A stretch of DNA of 41,636 nucleotides from Octopus bimaculoides (Eukaryota), in NCBI RefSeq assembly GCF_001194135.2, contig NC_069003.1, forward strand, positions 149,622-191,257, written 5' to 3'. Position numbers and translations under genes: made by a program. Below are positions 10,885 to 23,279 of this stretch, piece by piece. Within the stretch, counting starts at the first letter, position 1; each line of letters opens with the position of its first letter. The notes below the pieces were generated by a model. That model ran no database searches. It had not been told where the DNA came from and saw only the letters and a program-made list of their open reading frames with translations.

Positions 10885-11175
10885 TTATGTCAGCATTGCT
10901 TCCACTCTGGAAGGAGCTGCCTTGACAGCTTCTGCAGTTTTATGTTGAAACAATCTATGACTTGCTCAAATGTGGATGTGATATATCTTGATTTTGTAAA
11001 GGCCTTTGATAAACTTGGTTGTGGGATGATATGTCACAAGCTATCGAGACTTGGGATAGTAGAAACATGAATTCTTAAAAGACAGAAACCAGGTTGTGGC
11101 AGCCAATGGGTCCCTCGCTAAGATATTAGTAGTGAGTGGAGTGCCTTAAGGATTTGTCTTGGGGCTGCAGTGAAA
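10885..11175 (+). mobile_element. Decayed CR1/L2-type LINE reverse transcriptase fragment
   Basis: QHCFHSGRSCL...NVDVIYLDFVKAFDK...MICHKL followed by a SGVP-like segment: typical non-LTR RT domains. Confidence 0.85.
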
Positions 11176-11571
11176 CATGGCCGTGACAGAATCAGTAAAA
11201 TCAGAATTGTTCCCATCCAGAGTTCTGGATTGGCAAAACTGTTAAGGCATTGGACAGGATGCCTTGCAGTATCTCTTCTGGCTCTGGGCATTCAGAATTC
11301 AAATGCTGCTTTATCATTGAAAAGCAGTGATATTTCTGTCTGGAATTGTGACTAACTCATGGTTAAGCAAACTTCTTACCATACACACACACACACACAC
11401 ACACATATACCCGCTTGTCTGTCTCTGTCTCTGTCTCTGTCTCTGTCTCTATATTATTTGCCTGTCGTGTAGCCATGTGCAGCCATTAACGACGATTGCC
11501 AATTTGTCTATTTTTCTTTTTTTATACCAGTTTGTTGATGTGCCTACTCGTCTGTCTGTCTGTTTATTTAG

Positions 11572-11715
11572 ATTCTCTGGCTGTGGAATGTCGGACACTT
11601 GATTGCTGATGTGAAAAGGCTGAAATACAAAGTGAAAGCCAAATACCAAAGCAAAATTGATAAATCAGAAAAAAAACCTGAAGAACAGACAGAAGAAAGC
11701 CAAAAAGAGAAATGA
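11572..11715 (+). CDS. TMEM18: Transmembrane protein 18, terminal exon 5 (ILWLWNVGHLIADVKRLKYKVKAKYQSKIDKSEKKPEEQTEESQKEK*)
   Basis: Acceptor TTTATTTAG|, phase 0, TGA at 11713-11715; W.W then basic tail as in TMEM18; spliced CDS is 465 nt = 154 aa plus stop. Confidence 0.92.
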   Translation: MLWLWNVGHLIADVKRLKYKVKAKYQSKIDKSEKKPEEQTEESQKEK

Positions 11716-11745
11716 ATTTAGAAGATGGAATTAGTTGTCTTACAA

Positions 11746-11751
11746 AATAAA
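11746..11751 (+). promoter_or_regulatory. Candidate polyadenylation signal AATAAA for TMEM18
   Basis: First AATAAA after the stop; another at 12141-12146; common by chance in AT-rich DNA. Confidence 0.3.
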
Positions 11752-13354
11752 GCTGTTTAGTGTGAAAATACACATTTTTCTAATGTCTGTTTTCAACGAA
11801 TGATAGTGATTACCACTTTCAGAATTGTATTTTAAATTTACCATTTTATGATCCTTTCTCTTTTAATCAACCTTAATCAATGAAGAAAGTCATCAACCCT
11901 TTCAGAAAATGACTGAATATATTTAGGATTTTCATAAAGAAATTTTGTAACTTATTTAGTTTTGGGAGTAAGAAAAGAAAATGAAAAAATTAAATGTATC
12001 ATTGCAAAACCTATTTGTATTTTCTACAAAATGACATTCATTATGAGGAATTTCAAAACAAAAAAGAAAAAAAGAGAAAAGAAAAAATTGTTTTGTTATC
12101 AATTAAAAACTTAGATTTTATCTTACTCTTCAGAAGACAAAATAAAATTTTGGTTTTATGCTTATGTAGTAGAAATTTTAAAAAAATGGAATAAAATGTA
12201 ATATTTTTATAGCAAATCTTTTGTATTTGGTTTTTGTTTTAAAACAATGCTTTGTTATTGTTTAACCCCAGGCCAAGCTGGATTCAGCGTATATGGCCAA
12301 AGTTGTTTGATTAGTGACCATCTTGTCTTTGCTTGGAGTATATGTCTCCTTTTCTTCTTTAGAAATTAGAATGTAAAAGAGAACAATTTGGCTGGTGTTT
12401 GTAGCAGGTCAAGCAATTGTATAGAACTTCCATTGGTTCAAAAACATTATTTTCTTTGGAGAATGAATATTGTATTGTATTAGTTTGAACTTAAATATAT
12501 ATATATACACATGTGTGTTTGTGTGTGTGTATAACAGTATAATAGTGAATATAAAATTATTGCAGGTGGAATTGATGGGCCACAGTTGGCAATGTTGTTT
12601 TTAAGCCTAGAGCAGACCTATGCTAAAAGACATTCCACCTATGAACATCCTGTTATTTTTTCAGTCCACATCATCTAATATGTTCTTCCTTCTTTAAATT
12701 TCATAAGCTGTAAAGTGGTTGGTGTTAAGAAGTTGCATTCAGCCATAGAAACCCTGCCAAAGTAGACAATGTAGCTCGGTATCGTCATCTGGTTTGCCAG
12801 TTGCTGTCAAAGTATCCAACCATTTCCAGCATGGAAGACACGTTAAATAATGATTTGAGGAAGCATTGACTGCATTTCTAGCAGGTTGAGCAACCACATA
12901 TTGACTCCTTGTTGGTTCAGAGTGTCTAGATTAAATCTTGGGGACAAAACTGTCATATATTGCTTGGGCATTAGAAAATGGAAGCCATTTCTGCTTCAAG
13001 ACCAAATAGTTGGTGATGGAAAGAAATATTTGCTGAGCCTTTGTTGCTTTTAGAAGATCTGGAATTGGTCAAGTTATACCTTTCTACCATTCCAAAGACA
13101 GGTCACCAGTCAAGTTGCACCATCATGCCTTTCAGAAAAGAGGAGACTAGTGAACCATACAAAAGAAGAAAGGAAAAGACTTTACAATAAAGAAACTGAA
13201 ATAACATTAAGATAAAACCTCAAGTTGTTTAACCTGCAAGAAATAGCAGATAAACCTCCTCCTCATCACAACCTACCATTTAAAAGGAAGAACCTTCTGG
13301 ATCATTACACTTATTTGAAACCAAGGCTGGAATGGTGAAGTCTTGACTCTATAG

Positions 13355-13540
13355 CAGGGATCTCCAAACTTTTTAGATCATCGACCCCTTCATGGAATCT
13401 TTAACTCCTCAACGATCCCCACCCCAGGCATGTACAAGAAAATAAATATGTATTAGTGATAATTGAGCAGATGTGCATTTTAGACATCTATCGACCCCCC
13501 CCCCCCCAGGGGTCGATATTGACTACTTTGAAGATCCCTG
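13355..13540. mobile_element. hAT (Charlie-like) MITE, 186 bp
   Basis: Terminal inverted repeats CAGGGATCTCCAAA / TTTGAAGATCCCTG (1 mismatch in 14) flanked by an 8-bp target site duplication CTCTATAG / CTCTATCG. Confidence 0.85.
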
Positions 13541-16500
13541 CTCTATCGCAAGATGGCAAAGTTTGAATTTCATGTATATTCCCTCTCCAAGAGCGGCTGA
13601 GTTTTCAATAGATATATCTTTAAAGTCATCTTCCTTCAAAAACCGTGTGACACGAGTATCCCATTGAATTACTGGTACAATCCATCTTGTAATTATTGTG
13701 AAAGAGGCTGAGGATTTAACAAACATTTGTACTCTGCAATGCCTATTGAATTTCTGGTGCATTGCATCTGGTGAGCTTCCAAACAATTTCTGTCTACATC
13801 CTTTCACTCAAAAACACTGGATTAAGATTATGGTAGAATACACTGGCCCAGAGTGTCATGCAATGAGTTTGAAACCAAGAAATTTTGATCCTGGAGAAAC
13901 TCAGAAAATACATAAAACTATTTTGAAAAAAATCCACCGTCAGAAATAAAGAATGTCAGAGTTATTTCCCCTGGCAATTGTTTTTTTTTTAATTAATGGA
14001 AATGCCTCCGATTGTTCCCAACTCTAACAATATGAACAAACGTTTAAACCAAATAACTGAAAAGAAACAAAGCCTAAATAATTTGTGATGCCTCAGCCTT
14101 TGGCCTACTACACATAAAATGGTAAAAATAACATTCGCAACTATTTGCTAAAATGATTTCACTTTGATTTACCTCTGTGTTACTATATCTAACCAGCTGT
14201 CTTCTATCTTCTTCTGTTCATCATTGAATCTGTATCCATACAGCTTCACCAACAGATTGAAGACTTAGAAATGGTTCAACGCTAAAGCCTTTAACAACTA
14301 AACTTTTATTTTATTCTTTTATATGACATTTAAAATCGTGTAACTGCTTTCTACACCCGTGTTCCTTTCAGTCAACACACACACACACTCTCTCTCTCTC
14401 TCTCTCATTAATTGCATGAAAGTGCATGCATTAAGTAAGAGAATTGTAAAAAATATATAAACAAACTACACTTTTTGCTATCCAATTATTTGCAAAACTA
14501 TTGATACATCTTTGACTCACCCACCCATACCTACCTACCTACTTACGTATCTATCAGTCTGCCTGTCTGTGTAAATAACCATCATGTTTCACTTTAACTA
14601 TCTTGCAATGTATCTTTTAAAGATATAAATTCATAGACCTTCACGACATTGTTTCATTATGTTAAACATTTTTAATTGCGCCTGCATTTTTAACACACAA
14701 ATGCAGAATAATATCGACTTTCTTCCTCCTCCTCATTCTCTCTCTTTCTCTCTAATGATATGGACCTTCTCCCTTCTCTCTCTCTCTAATGGTATAGACC
14801 ATCTCCTTCTACAACCTTTTTTGTACCATCAATAAAGTGGTTGCAGTCTCTGCAGAGATTCCTAAATTGTGAGTGGGTTGAGTTATCTTTTGTCATAGAT
14901 GTATTTCTACAGTTCGTTTCTTTTCACTGAATTGAACTGTAAGTGTCTAACAGCATTCCAAATGTCAGGCACCCATTTTGGTGAAGCAAAGACCAAAAGA
15001 GATGCCTGGTTTCTAGAATGTTGTCAAAGACTCACAGTTCTCTACCAGTCAATCAATGTCAATCCTTACATTCTTTAGAAGATTAGTGATGGTTAAGAAT
15101 AATGAAGTTCTCTAGAGACTTTCAGAGTTTGTGGAAAACTACTGAACAATATAATCAGGAAGAATTACAACCCAGGAACTACAGACAGCTACTAGAAATC
15201 CCTGACTTGGCCCTGCTAATAAGGGGTTTTGAATAAGTCTACCTGCATTAAATGTCAATAGCAAACCTGAATCAAAATCTATGCAAAGCAATAAAACCAT
15301 TCTAAATGTATTTGTTCTGAGTTTTGCTGAATTCCATGAAATAGCTGTTGTTGTTGTTGTTGTGTAGGACAAATCCAAATATCAATGAAGCCAACCATGA
15401 GAATCACTCCATCATCTGCCTTCCTTTCATTAGAAATGGTCGATGGTTTTTTTTCCCTCTGTCTGGTTGCCAAAATGAAGGCGATTTTATGGTAGATAAG
15501 ACTGAAAAGATTTTAAACAGATCCTAATCTCTTTAATCAAACTCCCCAGAGTACATCTCAATACCTTAGAACACTTCTCTGATTCTTCAGAATATTCCGA
15601 TAACAACTCAATACGGGATCAATACTTCAGAATGCATTCACAATTCCTAGCGATAACAAAACACTTACGTGAGATTTGAACCTGTGCACCATGAATTGGC
15701 TGTTCAGTAAATTACTTGTTTGGTCATGTGACTTCTACTTCAAGCTGATGAAGGAATCTCTATGTGGTTAAGCTGAATGCTAGAAATAATAGCAAAATCT
15801 GCCTTATTGTCATAAAAAGGTAAGAACTATTTAACAATTTGGTTGTTGATATGCTAAACGGTGGTGGCCATGGCTGGAATACCTTTTATCATACATCTGC
15901 ATAATCAAGGCTGATCCTGAGTTAAACAACAGCAGCACCAACAGCAGTTGTAGCAACAGATATCTTTATCCAGTTGACTAAGTAAATCTCTTAATTACCA
16001 AAAATAATTTGTTTGCCTGCTTACGTATATAAAGAGAAGCAGGCGTACAAATGCACCAGACTCCTTGCCAACTTACACCTACCTATGCACACCACACCTA
16101 TTGATCTACCTGCATACCCACCCACNNNNNNNNNNTGAAGTTTAGGTGGATGATCAGCAATGTAATATACAGTGCTGAGATAGACCAATATTTACAGTCA
16201 ATCAATACGTCGTCAACCCAATTGAAATATCATGAAATCTATTGTAAACATAAAATGATTGTTAAGATTTCTACCTCATCAAAAAAGAAAAAATGTTTGT
16301 GAGTGTGTAGCAATCAAAGTTATTTTTCTTTGTATTTTACAACAATTTGTGAAGAAGATAATGTCATTGGTTCCTAGTTTCTAACAGTTTAATCAAAAGT
16401 TCACAGCATTTCACCACACAACATGCATCCAGCTGTACACACACACACATGCAGATATAGTTGTGTGTATGTGCGTGTATTTACAGTTGGATGCCCTTTC

Positions 16501-16669
16501 TGTTTTCAACATCCACCTGTTTCCAATTAAGGTAATATTTCCCCATAACCAGACGTTTTCACAGAAGACTGAAAAGGAAGGACACTACAGGATGGTCACA
16601 CTTGCTTTCAATTGCCACAAACGACCTCATTAAGATGAAAGGCAATAACAACAACATGAATAATTCTTT

Positions 16670-16863
16670 CTAATTTTATGCACAATTTTGAGGGAAGGAG
16701 GACATTGATTACATTAACTGTGTGCTTAACAGTTGTTTAATTTACTGACCCTGTAAAGGTGACAAAGTTGACCTTCGTGGAATTTGATCTTAGAATGTAA
16801 AGCCAGAAGAAATGTCACCAAACATTTTGTCTGATGTGCTCATCATTCTGCCAGTACACTGCC

Positions 16864-16906
<43 letters not shown>
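16670..16906 (-). mobile_element. SINE family B copy adjoining a (TAA)n microsatellite (16865-16906)
   Basis: Homology to other family B copies; trinucleotide run seen directly. Confidence 0.7.
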
Positions 16907-16910
<4 letters not shown>

Positions 16911-18936
16911 CTTGCAGAGTACATGAAAATTCCACATATTTTAAATATTTTTATTCTTATTTTAATGCACAAATTTATAGATTCTTGTAACATTATGTCA
17001 TTAGGAATAAGTTTTTGGTTTCACAGTTGAGCTTGTTAAAGACATAACACTTTAATACATGCTGTGCCAAGCAGAATAAAACTATAAATTCCAAAGCTCG
17101 GCACCAGGTCATAAATCTAAAATGAGAAAACAGTTGGTTATGTTGATCCTTTAGTAGTACTTTACAACTCACTCTAACTTGAATTCAAAAATCTAAAGGG
17201 AACTATTTAAATACTTCAGAGTATTTTGTCTGTGGGTTGAACAATTCTGCTGCTATGTTACTCTATGAAGCCAACATGTTACACTCACCAAGCCCACTTC
17301 ATTCACACTCAAGATGTCGAGGTCATAACACCACCCTGTTACCTGAGAATATATTGAATTCACCAAATACACTACATTCACAATGAAGATGTTGATAAGC
17401 TGTAATATTTTAGTTGTTAATAAGATTAACCTATTTACATTGGTTCTTATGTTCACACTGTGGCGAGCATTAGACTCTGCTCACACGTCATTTAACTAAA
17501 TCTTAACTGAAAATTTAGCTTTCATTCAACTCTTTCCATACAAACCACCTTGATAGAATTGTTAGGGTATCAGACCAAATACCTTGTGGTGTTTCGTTGT
17601 AATCTTTTACTTTCTGAGTTCAAATACCACCAACTTTACCTTTCCTCTTTGTAGGATTCATAAAATAGTAACTGGGTTATTGCAGTTTTCTATAATGCAG
17701 TGCTTCTCAAATGGCGCATTACGTTGCACTGATATGCAACTAATTTTTTAAAATATCATCATCATCATTGTCATTGTTGTTGTTGTCACTGTCATCATTG
17801 TTGTTGTCATCGTCATTGGTGTCATCATCATCATCATCATCATCAACACATTAATATTCACTTTCTCATGCTTGCATAGATGGAACGATTTTATTGATAC
17901 AGATTTGCTACAACAGCCATTTCTATTGTCAACCCTTGTCTGTTTCCAAATAAGGTAATATTTTGCCCATGGCTGTACATCAGTTTGCAGAATACTGGAA
18001 ATGAATGACACTGCTTATATGACAATGGCACTCATTTACAACTATCATGCAATGTCAAAGACAAGTAGACACTAACACACACACACACTTTTACACATAC
18101 ATATGAATTGCTTGCAAAGACACAGCATTTTGTTTTGCAACCATAATATATTATGAAGTTTATTAAAGATTTACAACTTAATATTGTTCTCTTACTTTTG
18201 TGTTAACAATGCAAAATCCACTTTTTTTTTTTATCGCTATTGATTTTCTTTAGAATTCAGAGCCAGCAACTTACAATGTTTCTTAGATGCAGGCGTCTCT
18301 TTTTGTATATTTTTCATATTTTTTTGTACGAAACATTGTAACTTGCAGAGCTGGTTCTGAATTTTATAGAAAATCTCCAGAGATAAACTTAAAAATTCAG
18401 CTATTATCATCATCATCCTTTAACGTCTGTTATCCATGCTGGCATGGGTTGAACAGTTTGACCAGAGCCGGCAAGCTGGGGCACTGTACCAGGCTCCAGT
18501 CAGATGCTGGTGCTACACTTGTTCCTCCAGCTGTCACGTCATGGCTGGGTCAAAGGCAGAGAGGATGACAGGAAGGTGTCGATGCCTGCTTTTGATTTCA
18601 TAGACTATCAAAACAATTAGTGAAAGCATGGTCTCTGTTACAGAGCCACACTCACTTGTGAGAGATACCAGGCTGCACTGGATTGCAGACACTTCTGACA
18701 TTTTAACAGTGTTCAGAAGGGGAAAAAAAAGTACTAATTTTCCCTCAATTCTTTTCAAAATTAGTTGTCATTGTTCTTATTGTTCAGACCTAATTATCTC
18801 TAATTGGGCTAACCTCAAATCACAGTTGTTTCATTCACCATCATTCTGGCTTTTATTCAAACAATCTATCAATGTATCCTTTCTATTTTTCAAGACAGCA
18901 GAACATAATTTGAGGAAGCATTGGCTGCTGTTTCTA

Positions 18937-19510
18937 GTGTAAACCTCTGAACTATCGTTTTTCATAATTCGTCCTTGTAGTCGTGTCTCCATCCTTCGCC
19001 GCCCTCCTCTCCCAGCATCATCATCACCATTCAGCTTGGTTCACAGACGACTCATTTGTATGACGGACAGAAATACCTTGCGGTATTTACCTTACGGCCC
19101 AAACGTTGTGGGTTCAAATACTGACGGGATCAGCTTTACCTTTTACCCTTTCCAGTTGATTAAAATAAAATATCCGTCAAGTATCGAAGTTGATGGAATT
19201 ACCTCTCCATCTCTCTCTCTCTCTCTCTCCTTTAGACTAACATTAGAAATCATTATGATGAGGTGAACGGAAGGTGGTTGTTTTCTTCTAAATCATCCCT
19301 AATCCAGCAGATAAGCCTTATGATTATAAAGACGTTTCAACCGTGACCATCCAATCAGTTTTCGTATATCACTAACTACATTATCTGATACCTATTTTCT
19401 CCTTTCCTTAAAAAGTCGGTAGTGTATTATTTGATGGAAATTCAGCCCCTATTTTGAGGCAGATCGAGCGACCACCTAGAAGTTTCCCTTGTATGCAGGT
19501 AGAAGTGGTA
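18937..19510 (+). repeat. Copy 1 of a local direct duplication (copy 2 at 21599-22202)
   Basis: Near-identical: two substitutions noticed plus (CT)n length difference and an N gap in copy 2. Confidence 0.95.
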
Positions 19511-20704
19511 AAAGTGATAGAAGTGGACTGGATCGTGGTGATGGCAAATTCTTTGAAAAGATGATGTTTTCGTTATGCCTCGGGTCACTCGTTGGGATGC
19601 TACTGTCGCCGATATCTCGGAGGTAGTGACACTCACATCGACCGTCGTGGCGAAGGTCGTGTATGGCAAGTAGCACAAGTATGTACCCTTGCCAGGTATA
19701 CAACTCTGAACTAACGATAATGAAAACTGGTGTAGTGATTTGGCCTTTTCGTCATGACCGTAGTTAAGAATTAGTTTAGCAATCATTTGTGGAAATGGTT
19801 CGTATGTCAGTGTCCGCTTTACCTTGGGTATATATATCTACACACACAAACACACACACGCGCATGCGCAAACATGCAATCGGTCAGTGCCTGAACAACC
19901 AACAAATACAACTTCTAGTCTTCCACCAACCAACCAACCGAGCAGCCATGCGACCAGCCACACCCAACTGCAACGATCCCCGGGTACCCCACACCAGTCA
20001 GCATTAACAACCATTCATTTCATCAGAAATCAACGGACCCCAGATGGCTATAGCTGGTCACATCCATCCATCAGAAATCATCAGAGCTCGATGGATGGAT
20101 GGCTTCTGCCGGCCACCAACACCAAACCATCGACGGAAGGAAAGCCGTCTGCTCGTCCAGACTCTTTCTTCCCCTCCTCCCCTTCTTGCTACTACACTTC
20201 ATTCTCTCCTCTTACTACGCTCTTCTTTTCCTCTTCGCCTATCACTCCTCACTCCGCCGCTTCTCCCACTCCCACTCCAACACTATCTCCTACTCTCACT
20301 GTTACTCCCACTCCCACATTCGGCGTTTCCTCTGTCAAAGGTCGATATGTCGTCTGTTGCCGACAGAACAGAGACACTTTGGGTGAGAGATAAGAGGCGG
20401 ATAATCCTCACCTCACTCGAAACATAAAGGATAAATGTATATATATATACATACTTGGCGGAGGTACAGACGTAAACATTAGTAAGAGACCGGACTGGCA
20501 GATAACATTCGTCTGGCACGATAAATACTACAACGACTGCTGTTGGGTTCATTGGAAACGTCCTGTCAATCATTTGAATAAAAAAAGTCCGTCTGGTCTC
20601 AGGAAAGAAAGAAAAGAGAAAAACAGGAAGAAAAATCAACAATACTTTCGCCGTGAATTGGGAATTTCTATTATGCAGTCTCACTAGCTAGGTGTATATA
20701 TATT

Positions 20705-20739
<35 letters not shown>

Positions 20740-20948
20740 AATATAGATGTGTGTGTGTGTGTGTGTGTTTTGCGGTTTGTCATTCAGCTTCACGAACAGA
20801 AGTGTTTTCATTAACAGAAATCAACGGAATTTAATGAAACCAAATCAAAGTAATTCATCGTAATCCAACGAAAATTCAATCAAATCCTACGAAAGCCACC
20901 CGAAACTGACGACCGACAATTACTATATTCTTCCATTAAGAATACTAT

Positions 20949-20986
<38 letters not shown>

Positions 20987-21560
20987 AAGAGAGAGAGAGA
21001 AAGAGAGAGAGGGGAGAGAGAGAGGAGAGAAGTGTGTGTGTGTGTGTGTTAAAGGGAAAGAGAAAATAATGGGGAGTCGCGATGAGAATCTTTCTACTCA
21101 ATTCTTCGCAACCGGTCTCGACATTTCTGCCTTTGCCGAGTATATTTGGCAGGCAATCGAGTATTTCCAGGAGTATCCCTCTCTGCCGATCTTGTGTGTC
21201 TTCGGAGCCACATACCTCGCCTACTACCTGCTCTACGTCGGAAAGGTGAGTCACTATTATTATTATAATTTCTGATTTTTCCTCCTCCTCATCCATCGTC
21301 CTTATGGTTAAGATAAAGAAACCTTTATTATTATTATTATTATTATTATTATTGGGAAATCTAGTGGAACGATGCCTTAAATAAATCCCTTGCGGCAGCA
21401 TCTTAATTACATATCTTTACCTTCCGAGTTCGAATCTCGCCGGCTGAGGGAAACAGAAAGCACCTGTCCATTGCCACACTCTTGGATATAATCAATTATT
21501 TCGTCTCAGTTTTCCCCCAAAATCTTAGCTTTTTTGTCAGAAAACATCCCAAAACTCGTC
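19500..21560. promoter_or_regulatory. CpG-retaining promoter region of the ABHD gene, with (GA)n/(GT)n tracts at ~20949-21048
   Basis: Visibly higher CpG density than the flanks; immediately 5' of and spanning coding exon 1. Confidence 0.6.
21069..21245 (+). CDS. ABHD3: ABHD1/ABHD3-like alpha/beta hydrolase, coding exon 1 (MGSRDENL...PILCVFGATYLAYYLLYVGK)
   Basis: ATG, 59 codons with an N-terminal hydrophobic anchor, donor AAG|GTGAGT; phase 0 joins to KPQLVC. Family is ABHD1/3; the exact orthologue is uncertain. Confidence 0.88.
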
Positions 21561-21598
21561 TCCTTTTACAGATTATCATCTTTATTAGTTTTTGTTCT

Positions 21599-21874
21599 GT
21601 GTAAACCTCTGAACCATCGTTTTTCATAATTCGTCCTTGTAGTCGTGTCTCCATCCTTCGCCGCCCTCCTCTCCCAGCATCATCATCACCATTCAGCTTG
21701 GTTCACAGACGACTCATTTGTATGACGGACAGAAATACCTTGCGGTATTTACCTTACGGCCCAAACGTTGTGGGTTCAAATACTGACGGGATCAGCTTTA
21801 CCTTTTACCCTTTCCAGTTGATTAAAATAAAATATCCGTCAAGTATCGAAGTTGATGGAATTNNNNNNNNNNNN

Positions 21875-21923
<49 letters not shown>

Positions 21924-22202
21924 TTAGACTAACATTAGAAATCATTATGATGAGGTGAACGGAAGGTGGTTGTTTTCTTCTAAATCATCCCTAATCCAGC
22001 AGATAAGCCTTATGATTATAAAGACGTTTCAACCGTGACCATCCAATCAGTCTTCGTATATCACTAACTACATTATCTGATACCTATTTTCTCCTTTCCT
22101 TAAAAAGTCGGTAGTGTATTATTTGATGGAAATTCAGCCCCTATTTTGAGGCAGATCGAGCGACCACCTAGAAGTTTCCCTTGTATGCAGGTAGAAGTGG
22201 TA
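21599..22202 (+). repeat. Copy 2 of the local direct duplication
   Basis: Matches 18937-19510; contains N gap 21863-21873 inside the (CT)n tract. Confidence 0.95.
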
Positions 22203-22400
22203 CCGGACAAAATGCTCTGATGGGGAATTATTACTTCTTCCTTAACGTTTCAGGCTTCAAATTTTACTTGTATCAGCACAATCTTTCATTTAAAAAAAAT
22301 ATATATATGTCTAACTAAGTAAGTACCGGTCATGTACTAGTGTGATAAAATCATTTATACCCTTATGTATGCTTATGTGTATAAATGATTTTGTGTGTGA

Positions 22401-22434
<34 letters not shown>

Positions 22435-22949
22435 TTGCATATATGTGTATATAAGTGTGTGTGGTTATATGCGACAGAATGTATATGTGTGTGTGTTCTG
22501 TATGTATATATGTGCTGTTGTGTGTGTGTTGTGTGTATGTATATAAATGTATGTATGTAGTGTGTGTAATATGTATGTGTGTCTGCGATTGTGGTATATG
22601 TTTGGCAATAGTTTTAATGCCAAATTGTGTGTTCCTACAAAATGAAGTATTTTGCAATAGTCATCTTTTTTCTAAACTAAGCAGGTGCACCGACTATTAT
22701 GAAGGCAGGCTATTGAAAGATTCAGCAGAATAGTAAATAAAATACCTTGTGGTTGCACCCCTTAACATTCTGAATTTACATTCTGCTGAAGTTAACTTTG
22801 TCTTTCATCTTTCTAATGTTGATAAAATAAGGAACCAATCAAAGAATTTGAGTTAATTAATTAATTTCTCTCTCCAAATTTGAGGCATCATACCTACATT
22901 AGAAATATTTATTGTAAGGGTGGTGGATTAGTGGAATTGTTTGAGATAC

Positions 22950-23105
22950 AGGCATAGCTGTGTGGTTAAAACGTTTGCTTCCCAAGCACATGGTTTTAGG
23001 TTCAGTCCCAATGTGTGACTCTTTGGGCAACTGTCTTCTACTATACCCTCTGCTCAACCAAAACCTTGTGAGTGAATATGGTAGATAGAAATTGAAAGAA
23101 GTCTG
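22950..23105 (+). mobile_element. SINE family A copy
   Basis: GGCATAGCTGTGTGGTTAAAACGTTTGCTTCCCAAGCACATGGTTTTAGGTTCAGTCCCA...CCAAAACCTTGTGAGTGAA. Confidence 0.75.
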
Positions 23106-23279
23106 TTGTGTGTGTGTGAATGTTCATATACATATATAATCTTATTTTGGTCATCACATTTCAGTCGCGCTAGGGCTCCACCTTACAGGGTTTTGCCAAA
23201 CAAAGCAATCTCAGTATTTATTTTATAAACACTGACACCTATTCTATCAGTCTTTTTTTGTCAATAGGCTAAGTTACAG

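Noticed and set aside
14960-15480. ORFs 15139-15378 and 15279-15473, and a faint transposase-like QPRNYRQLLE motif on +
   Set aside because: No consistent splice signals or recognisable domain; the similarity is too weak to call without a search
19476-19703. Secreted-peptide-like ORF (YTWQGYILVLLAIH...)
   Set aside because: Starts at TTG rather than ATG, runs into a SINE, and has no convincing precursor features; the overlapping ORF 19442-19786 also ends in the SINE
20880-21401. 173 aa - strand ORF
   Set aside because: Antisense shadow of ABHD exon 1 plus (TAA)n and (CT)n microsatellites
22342-22733. Cys/Val- or His/Thr-rich ORFs (also at 586, 25555, 34390, 37504, 39208)
   Set aside because: Translations of (GT/CA/TA/GA)n microsatellites
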